A program made the position numbers and the translations under genes. The notes under the pieces are model-generated. The model saw only the letters and a program-made list of their open reading frames with translations, made no database searches and was not told the DNA's origin. A stretch of DNA of 63,694 nt, the filler included, from Thraustochytrium aureum (lineage: Eukaryota): the NCBI GenBank assembly GCA_012862495.1. It is 7 parts of 5 records of this genome, joined end to end, with 100 filler letters (N's around TTAATTAATTAA, not from the genome) between each part and the next. Parts side by side here need not be neighbours in the genome. Positions count along the whole stretch, not along the records: positions 8,285 to 29,007 come from BLSG01000155.1; 6 more parts are not named here. One strand, written 5' to 3'. Shown here piece after piece: positions 11,883 to 20,989 of this stretch. Positions within the stretch are counted from its first letter, which is position 1. Each line of letters starts with the position of its first letter.

Positions 11883-12653
11883 GTGCTCAGGGCGATGTTG
11901 GTCGTGCAGCAGGTCAGCCTCGTGCTGGCCGTTGTGGTCTCGTTCCTGTCTCATGCTCAGCAAGACGGCGGCGACGGCGCGCTGCAGGGCGGGCGCTGAC
12001 AGGGCACGCGGGCGTCGCGTCGGGCCTCGCTGCGGTGTGGACATCGAGAGTCGATCCGGCCGCTCTCGGCGTACCGCGGCCGGAGCAAGGGCCCTCTTCA
12101 GCGTGCTCGTGCTCGGTTTTCGCCGCTCCTGCGGACGCTCACGGAGTCGTATGCCTCGGATACAGTGCACACGCTCGCCGGGGTCTGCGCGGTGGTGCAC
12201 CTCTTCCTGTACGACTATGCCGGCTCGCAGATCGGGCAGCGCCTCGACTGCACGCTCTCGCTCAACGCGAGTTTTCTGATGTGCTTGCTGCTAGCCTCGC
12301 GTCTGGAACACAGCAGCCAGGTCGCCTCGTTCCTGCTCTCGGGTGTGCTGCTCTTGGTCATTCTGCCGCCCTGCTTGGCGCGCGCAGGCCAAGGGCAAGG
12401 CTGCACCAGGGCCGCGGCAGTCGTGGCTGGCAATCTTGCGGCGATGAGAGCTGTGTCGATGGGATTGTATAGCTTTGGCGGAGAGCGGCTCGTGCCGTGG
12501 TATCTCGCGACGGGTGCGTTTGTCGCACTGGCTTTTCCGCTTGTGCTGCGCTGGGCGCACAGCCACAAGATGGTCATCCGCGGCCCTTGGGACGCGGTCG
12601 ACGTGGACGTCCAAGCCGGCCCCATTGGACAGGCAGCACAAAGAGTAGAGTAA
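11883..12653 (+). CDS. PIGC: GPI-GlcNAc transferase subunit PIG-C/GPI2 (5' in gap; apparent frameshifts)
   Basis: Motifs LVVQQVS, (S)PLLRTLTESYASDT, HLFLYDY, TLSLNA...LLASRL and C-terminal KMVIRGPWD are typical of GPI2. One T is missing in TTTT at 12117-12120. Confidence 0.88.
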
Positions 12654-13888
12654 GTAGTAGGGTAAGGCGGAGTGGTCTGAAGCGTACCGGTACTCAGTTG
12701 TAATCCAGTCCATTTCCATTTCTCTGACTTGAGGCCCAAAGAGGGATCCTCCTTGCTGAAGAAATCGAACTGCATCCCCTCGTGCCGCAGTCGCATCACG
12801 ATGGCTCATGACCGCTCAACGAGGGGTGACCGCCACTCGCGGTCCAAGCGTGCGGTGCACCTGGGCACGAGGCGGTGGAAAATGACCGCTAACGCCCTGG
12901 CGCCAGGACACCCATTACAATGTGTGCGGCTCCGAAGCTGGTATCACGTCGGATCCTCCTTGCTGGTATCAAGGACTGGTATGGTATGCTTGCCGGTGCA
13001 GCTCTTGCCGATGCCACGCCAGCCCAGCCCGGCCCGGCGTGGCGGCGCGTCGTTGTTGGAGTAGGTACTGACGGAGTACCTCTCCCAGGTTCTGCGCCAA
13101 CTTGGCATGATCACGCGCTCGCCAGACAGACGCCACGCCCACACCACAGTGGGAGAGGGAGCAGCCACCGGCACGGCATGGCCGTTCTCTTTGCGAGCCT
13201 TGTCCGCCTGGGCGACACCCGCCTTCACGAGATTGAGATTGTGTGCTGGCGCGACGTGTATTGCACCAGCGCCAGGCTGAAAGAGGCGGGGGACAACAAG
13301 AACAAGAAAACACGAGTAACCGTGAAGCAGAAGCAGCCAGCTCGCGCGCAGCTTCCGCCTTTTGCTCCCTCCGTGACTTGCAACTCGACGATGATCTTGA
13401 GATTCCTAGCCCGCCGCGCCGCTCGTGCTCCTTACTCTTCACATGTGATGAGTCCAGCTCCTCTTCACACACGAGTGTACAGCTAGCTGCACTGGCACGT
13501 CCCGTTCACCCGGCCCGGGGGGATAAATTGCAACTCAAAGAATGGAGCGATTGCGCGCTTCCTGTGCGCCTTGTTCATCCAGGCTGCGACGGAAAAGGCC
13601 CCGTATACTCTACGCCCTGTGCGTATCGTGCGGCTTCCCTGCCACGCCTTGCAAGGGGGAGGGAGGAACGGGGCGATTTACTCGGCTTGCCAAGTGGACT
13701 GACTCACTGGCAAGGTAGTTTTGTTTTGCTTTTGTGCGGTTTGGTTTGTGCACAAACGATACCTCCGGAGGTACCTACTAGCGAGTGGCCAGGAGGTTGA
13801 TAGTGGGCGTGCGCCCTGAAATGCAGGAAGAACACGCTGCAGTTTCCTTCCTTTGCAGTAGGTACTGTACACTTGTTGCTCGCCTGCT

Positions 13889-13922
13889 GCACCAAGAAAG
13901 CACCAAGAAAGCACCAAGAAAG
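13889..13922. repeat. 11-bp tandem repeat (GCACCAAGAAA)x3 upstream of the first nuclease-GPCR gene
   Basis: Seen directly. Confidence 0.85.
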
Positions 13923-14036
13923 ATCTCGTCTGCAGCGCGCTGCCTGCTCGCAGGCTGCTCGCAGTTTTATCGACAACAGTTCTCCAACGCAAGCAACGCA
14001 ACGCGCAACATCCTGCGACACAACAAGCAAGCCGAC

Positions 14037-17000
14037 ATGACCTGGAGCTTGAAAACGCTCGCGCTGGCACTGTTGGCTTCGCCGACCTTGGGCGAAGACT
14101 TTAGCGCCCTGTGCCAGCCCAGCGCGTACTATGCGAGTATCGAGACGGCGATCAATGGTGGCACGGTAACGCTGCAGCAGCTCCACGACGTCATCTCCGA
14201 TGGCTTTGTGAGCATCCCGTACAGCACTGGTACGCCAAACACCGCTGACGCGATGGCCGCCCTGGACGCCGCGAACGGCGACACGGACACCAACCTGGTC
14301 GACCTCGTCTACGCCGACGATGTGGCGAACAAGTCTGAAATCGGTTCGTTGATTGGGGACTGGAACCGCGAGCACCTCTGGGCGCGCTCGTTTGGGGTGT
14401 TAAACTCTGGGGTCGACAACTCGGATCTCTTCAACCTGCGGCCGTGCGACGTCGACGTGAACAGCGCAAGAGGCAACAAACCCTTTGGGATGTGCAACGA
14501 AGCCGATTGCCTTTCGCCCGCGTACACTGTCCGTGGGCGTGGGTCTGGCGCAGGGACGGCAACCAACAGCGCGGTTTGGCAGCCACAGCCCGCCGAGCGT
14601 GGCGACATTGCCCGCGCGATGTTCTACATGGTTACGCGATACGATGGATCCGATTCAAACACGATGGACCTCCAGCTGACCAACTGCCCCGACGCGACTA
14701 ACGGCTTGTTCGGCTTCCTGGACGACCTGCTCCAGTGGCACTTTGACGACCCAGTGGACGAGACGGAACGCCGTCGCAACGACCTCATTTGCGCCGACTG
14801 GCAGCACAACCGCAATCCGTTCGTGGACCATCCAGAGCTCGTGACGCAGCTTTTCGCCCCGGGCAAGTACACTGACCCTGTGCAGGGCTGCCCGCGACGA
14901 ATTTCTGGGCCGATCGGGCCTACCGGTTTTCCTGGGAGAGTGGCGGTCGTTGGCATCAACAGCGTGAACGCAACGCACCGGAGCGTCGCATTCTTGGCCC
15001 TGGACGACTTTGCCCCGAACGTCCCTGCGTTCACGGTGACTGACAGCCCGTGGACAGGTACCGCTCTAATGGTCAACGAGGGCGCACTGTACTACACGCC
15101 CGGGCCGGAAGGGATTGCGCGCGGCGAGGTCGTCGTCTGGGCCACANNNNNNNNNNNNNNNNNNNNNNNNNNNNNNNNNNNNNNNNNNNNNNNNNNNNNN
15201 NNNNNNNNNNNNNNNNNNNNNNNNNNNNNNNNNNNNNNNNNNNNNNNNNNNNNNNNNNNNNNNNNNNNNNNNNNNNNNNNNNNNNNNNNNNNNNNNNNNN
15301 NNNNNNNNNNNNNNNNNNNNNNNNNNNNNNNNNNNNNNNNNNNNNNNNNNNNNNNNNNNNNNNNNNNNNNNNNNNNNNNNNNNNNNNNNNNNNNNNNNNN
15401 NNNNNNNNNNNNNNNNNNNNNNNNNNNNNNNNNNNNNNNNNNNNNNNNNNNNNNNNNNNNNNNNNNNNNNNNNNNNNNNNNNNNNNNNNNNNNNNNNNNN
15501 NNNNNNNNNNNNNNNNNNNNNNNNNNNNNNNNNNNNNNNNNNNNNNNNNNNNNNNNNNNNNNNNNNNNNNNNNNNNNNNNNNNNNNNNNNNNNNNNNNNN
15601 NNNNNNNNNNNNNNNNNNNNNNNNNNNNNNNNNNNNNNNNNNNNNNNNNNNNNNNNNNNNNNNNNNNNNNNNNNNNNNNNNNNNNNNNNNNNNNNNNNNN
15701 NNNNNNNNNNNNNNNNNNNNNNNNNNNNNNNNNNNNNNNNNNNNNNNNNNNNNNNNNNNNNNNNNNNNNNNNNNNNNNNNNNNNNNNNNNNNNNNNNNNN
15801 NNNNNNNNNNNNNNNNNNNNNNNNNNNNNNNNNNNNNNNNNNNNNNNNNNNNNNNNNNNNNNNNNNNNNNNNNNNNNNNNNNNNNNNNNNNNNNNNNNNN
15901 NNNNNNNNNNNNNNNNNNNNNNNNNNNNNNNNNNNNNNNNNNCGCAGCGAACTTTCGCTTTAACGCTACGGGCAAAGTCATTGGCTCAAAAGATGATGTG
16001 CTGCGGAGGCTCTCGAATCCAACTAACTGGGAGAGCTCCTCTGAACAAGCGTTTGACTTTGCCACGCTCGAGTTCGCGGTCGGCGCAACTTTGAAGCCAA
16101 CCGTGTCACCGACGACTGCGGCGCCGACAACCACGCTCGACTGGCTGCTCAACAAAGACGCGACGGCTGACCCTGCGACGGCTGATGCTGTGGTTAAGTC
16201 GCTCACGTTTGTGGCATTTGGCGTCAGCTTTTGCGCCATCGCGTGCTCCGCGCTCCTCGTCCGCGTCAAGTTTGACCACCCCGTCATCGTCGCCGCTCAA
16301 CCCCTGTTCTGCGCCACGGTGCTTTTTGGTGCGCTCTTGAGTTCGCTCTCCATCGTCCTCATCACGGTGGACGACACCGCCGGCGAGGGCAACCGCGCGG
16401 CCCCTGATGGTGGCAATGCGGTTGCAGACGTTACCTGCATGGCGTCGGTGTGGTTTTTTGGCCTCGGGTTCGTGCTCATGTACGGCGCACTACTCGTGAA
16501 GATGGCGCGGATCCGCGCACTGTTTGAGCTCCGCTACCGCATGTCCGAGAAAGACCGCCGACGGCAGTCCAGCTCGCTAAACGTCGGAATTCTCGCTGCC
16601 ATTGTATCCGTCGAGCTTATTTTGCTCATCACATTCACCGCTGTGAGTCCCCTCAAGTACCAGCGCGAAATCCAGTACGACGACAACCTCGACGTCTACT
16701 GGCTCGGCCCAGGCTTTTGCAGCTCCGAACATGGCAACGAGTTTGCTGCCACGATTGGCGCCTACCATCTCGCTATTCTCCTGTACGGGTTTTTTGTTGC
16801 CATCAAGACGAGCAAGCTCCACAGCGCTTTCAGCGAAGGCAAGCACATCCGCTACGCGATGTTCAACGGCCTCCAGTTCTCCATTCTCGTCATCCCCGTG
16901 CTCTATGTTACCACAGATCCCGGCAGCGCAATGCTCGTCCGCGGAGGCGCAATTGCGCTGCACGACATCGCGTTTGTGTCCCTCATCTTCCTGCCCAAAG

Positions 17001-17236
17001 CGCAAATGATTCTTTTCGGCGTCAACTCGGACGACGGTGAGGGTGGGGCTGCCATCGAGACTGCCATCGAGCGAAAAAAGGAAGCCACAGGTTCCACCGG
17101 CAACGGCTCGTCCTTCTTCTCGAAGAGCAGCGACCATGACGACATCTTCCACTCGTCGTCGATCGCTGTCGCAACGTGGGTCTCGCCCCAGTCTGAGCGG
17201 GTCGTCGAGGTCCGCGATGCCCATCCTGTGCTCTGA
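14037..17236 (+). CDS. Endonuclease I (Bsn/EndA-type) ectodomain fused to class C GPCR 7TM domain, paralog 1 (interrupted by N gap 15147-15942)
   Basis: Signal peptide MTWSLKTLALALLASPTLG. Nuclease motifs WNREHLW, DLFNLRPCDVDVNSARGN, RGDIARAMFYM..RY and NRNPFVDHP. 7TM motifs HPVIVAAQPLF, GALLVKMARI, AIKTSKLHSAFSEGKHI and FLPK. Collinear with the intact paralog. Confidence 0.88.
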
Positions 17237-19540
17237 GAGTGCGCTGTACGTACGCAGCGCCCCACTGAAATCACAATCTCCATGTCTTTCTTTCCGTTCC
17301 TCGTTACTAGTAGCCATCTGTGGCCCATTCTAATGCTGTCCTCGCCGCGGCTCTTGGCACACCTCATCAGACTCGCCTAGCCCGGCATATCGGGCGGCCT
17401 CGAGAATGTCTTGACCAGTCACAGACTGCAGTCCTTTCTTGCCTTGCTCCTGAGCTTGAGCGCGTCGCGTCAACACCGCAAGGCTGTTTGTTATCCGTCA
17501 ATTGTTGCGGCACCTCGGTGAGTCACCTTTGCATTTTGATTCGAGTTCGCATGAGGTTAGCATTCGTATTTGGCTTCTCTAGCTAGTCTTCATGGGGTTG
17601 GTCCGGGTCCGCTCCAGCGAGCCGCCTCCTTGTTGGTGCTGCCTGACCTTTAGAATCAGGTTCTGCAGCGCCGTTTCGTTCCTCCCGACTCTCCCAACGT
17701 AGAGTACCGGTAGCGTTGCAACACCCCAGCCGCACCAAGTGAATCGCTCGAATGACAGCGAGGGCTGGGGACCTTGGCTTGTGCGATTCAACCTCGAAAC
17801 GTGGCCTCCGATGCCCAAGTAGTTATCGATCTCCTCGAAGGCTGGTGCGAGTGAAGAGCACCCATCGCTGTCGCAGCGCCCGCAAAGTCCGCGACGCGTA
17901 CCCTGTTCAGGGAGCTCTTCCTACTAGCTCTCGAGACACTGGCATTGTGCGTAGCCGAGGGCGAGAGACCAAGGAGATCTCTAGCTAGAGCTAGCTCTAG
18001 TAGAGGCGTGCTGGGCTTGCAAGGCTGCGGTTCTGTTGGCGCAGGGGTCTCGTGGCCAAGACAAAGCAGAGTGCCACTAGCGCCCTTCATGGAAGCTCGG
18101 CCTGGTTGCGAACCTTGGTTTTGATTTCTGTCCATGAAGATAGTTGGGCGGAGAACAGAGTTGCGATATCCACCCCGATTGCAGCTGGTCGTGTGCTGGA
18201 TGTGCGAAGGAGCACGCGACATCTTTCGAGAATGAACGCATGCTACCCTACGGACACGTTCGCAACACCCGTGGCCTGATATAGCACAGTCGTCTGGATC
18301 CGCATCGAGTTGGCACGCGCCACACGTACGCGTGTCCTATTCTGCTGCTCCTACCAACAGACGATTCTTACCAGGGACTCTGTTGGAGCCCGTGGAGTTG
18401 GCTGAGCTCCACACCATGTCATAAACCGTCAGTATCACCCTGTAATAGTCACAACGTGCACGAAGGCTTTGCCGCAAGGCAATCGGCAAAGCGAAGCCAA
18501 GCAATACCCGAACGAAGCAAAGAATCGGGAAGGGCGGGCAGACAAAGCATCGAACCCCCTGAGCNNNNNNNNNNNNNNNNNNNNNNNNNNNNNNNNNNNN
18601 NNNNNNNNNNNNNNNNNNNNNNNNNNNNNNNNNNNNNNNNNNNNNNNNNNNNNNNNNNNNNNNNNNNNNNNNNNNNNNNNNNNNNNNNNNNNNNNNNNNN
18701 NNNNNNNNNNNNNNNNNNNNNNNNNNNNNNNNNNNNNNNNNNNNNNNNNNNNNNNNNNNNNNNNNNNNNNNNNNNNNNNNNNNNNNNNNNNNNNNNNNNN
18801 NNNNNNNNNNNNNNNNNNNNNNNNNNNNNNNNNNNNNNNNNNNNNNNNNNNNNNNNNNNNNNNNNNNNNNNNNNNNNNNNNNNNNNNNNNNNNNNNNNNN
18901 NNNNNNNNNNNNNNNNNNNNNNNNNNNNNNNNNNNNNNNNNNNNNNNNNNNNNNNNNNNNNNNNNNNNNNNNNNNNNNNNNNNNNNNNNNNNNNNNNNNN
19001 NNNNNNNNNNNNNNNNNNNNNNNNNNNNNNNNNNNNNNNNNNNNNNNNNNNNNNNNNNNNNNNNNNNNNNNNNNNNNNNNNNNNNNNNNNNNNNNNNNNN
19101 NNNNNNNNNNNNNNNNNNNNNNNNNNNNNNNNNNNNNNNNNNNNNNNNNNNNNNNNNNNNNNNNNNNNNNNNNNNNNNNNNNNNNNNNNNNNNNNNNNNN
19201 NNNNNNNNNNNNNNNNNNNNNNNNNNNNNNNNNNNNNNNNNNNNNNNNNNNNNNNNNNNNNNNNNNNNNNNNNNNNNNNNNNNNNNNNNNNNNNNNNNNN
19301 NNNNNNNNNNNNNNNNNNNNNNNNNNNNNNNNNNNNNNNNNNNNNNNNNNNNNNNNNNNNNNNNNNNNNNNNNNNNNNNNNNNNNNNNNNNNNNNNNNNN
19401 NNNNNNNNNNNNNNNNNNNNNNNNNNNNNNNNNNNNNNNNNNNNNNNNNNNNNNNNNNNNGAACAGGGCCGAGGCGGCTGCGAGTAATTTCTTCCTCTGC
19501 GGTACGCTACGTCACTGTGGAGGTGGCCAAGTATCTATTT

Positions 19541-20275
19541 TCAAGGTGCCGCAGGAGGCATGGCAGCGTCCGGGTCGCCGCCCAATCTTGTGACCATTGC
19601 ATCGTAGGCAGAGATGCGCGGCTCGTTGACAGCCCGCTTGAGCAAGGCCTGAACCGGGGCGCAGGTCTCAACCGCAGTGCAGTACGGCTCTAAATCCTCG
19701 GGAATCGGCACGCCATAAGTTCGCATGCGAGTGATGACGGGGTAGTAGAAGCAGTCGGCGATGGTGAAGTGGCCAAACAGAAAAGGCCCACCAGACCTCG
19801 CGAGGCACTCACGCCACATCTCTTCAATGCGGTCAAGCTCGGCGCGTGTTTCGGGGCGCTGCTCGCGTGTGGGCACGCGAGCAAAGATGTGGCAGCTCAA
19901 GTCCTCGCGAACATTCCGAAATCCTGTGGCCATCTCGCAGCAAATCGCCCGAGCGCGGGCGCGGGCGACGGGGTCGCTCGGCCACAACTTGGCCTCGGGG
20001 AATGCGTCCGCCACATACTCTGCGATGGCAAGCGACTCGTGCACGGGCTCGCCGTCGACGTGGAGGACGGGAAACAGGCCAGCAACGCTGCCCTTCTCCC
20101 GCCGCCCAGGAAGCTGCGCCTTCAGATCTACCGGGGTTCCAGCTGACCACATGTCTTCGAGAGTCATCGTGCGGGTCTCGAACTCGGCGCCGGCGTGCGC
20201 GAGCGCGAGCCACGGCCGGATCGACCAAGACGAGTATCGCAGGCTGAGGACCACGATCTCTAGCTTCGGAGCCAT
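19541..20275 (-). CDS. Glutathione S-transferase family protein (bacterial-type YSSWSxRPW subfamily)
   Basis: Motifs RYSSWSIRPWLAL, GLFPVL..GEPVHESLAIAEY, LWPSDPVARARARAICCEM and GPFLFGHFTIAD. Confidence 0.9.
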   Translation of the reverse strand: MAPKLEIVVLSLRYSSWSIRPWLALAHAGAEFETRTMTLEDMWSAGTPVDLKAQLPGRREKGSVAGLFPVLHVDGEPVHESLAIAEYVADAFPEAKLWPSDPVARARARAICCEMATGFRNVREDLSCHIFARVPTREQRPETRAELDRIEEMWRECLARSGGPFLFGHFTIADCFYYPVITRMRTYGVPIPEDLEPYCTAVETCAPVQALLKRAVNEPRISAYDAMVTRLGGDPDAAMPPAAP

Positions 20276-20989
20276 CGCGGCTGGGGTCTCTCTCGTCCTG
20301 GCTGGCTGCCTGCCCAGTCTGCCTGTTCTCTGATGAGGTTTGCTGAGGCTGTTGCCGACTCGTTGTTTTGTGGCTTTCGTGGGCTTTCGTGGTTGTTGCG
20401 CGAACTGCGCTCGCCGACGCGTGAGACGATGACGACGATGATGATGAGGGCGCACCATGGGAGGTCGGTCATGACTCATCAGAGATTTCAATCAAGATGA
20501 ATTCTCAATGAGCACGCGGGGCGTTGTCCGAGCTGGGAGCATCCTCCGTGGTCCAAGTGATTGGTCTGCCACCGGTAGCAGCCTCCTTGGTAGCAGGCCT
20601 ACCGGTTCCTGTCTGTCTTCGAGCAAGGAAGGTACACCGCGGGGGGAAAAGGAGCTCGTGCCACGTCGAGAGCCAGAACACAATTTCCCCCTCGTCGGGC
20701 TATTTAGCGCTTTGCGTATCTTTGCCGGAGTAAAAAGAGAGCTCGTATTATCTAATTTTCATAGATGGTTTTTCCGTTGCTCCCATGTCCATCCCAATCT
20801 ACTCTGTAAGGGCAAGTGTGGATGGCGGCGCGGAGGCAAGTTGTGCAGTGAGCCCGCCCCGCGGTCTGCTGGCTCGCGATTTCTTGAGTGATTGAAAAAA
20901 TTGCAAGACGCAAACCAGACCTTGAACGCAAGACAACGTGGAGACCTACGGTACCTACGTCCGAGCGACGCGAAGCGGCAGACCCCAAC

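Noticed and set aside
14037..15146. Bacterial contamination explaining the nuclease, GST and Glf domains
   Set aside because: Nuclease and Glf domains are in frame with eukaryotic 7TM or Golgi-type domains, share codon style with neighbours, and sit among clearly eukaryotic genes
17300..18564. Possible transposon between the GPCR paralogs
   Set aside because: No transposase/RT motifs, terminal inverted repeats or LTRs recognisable
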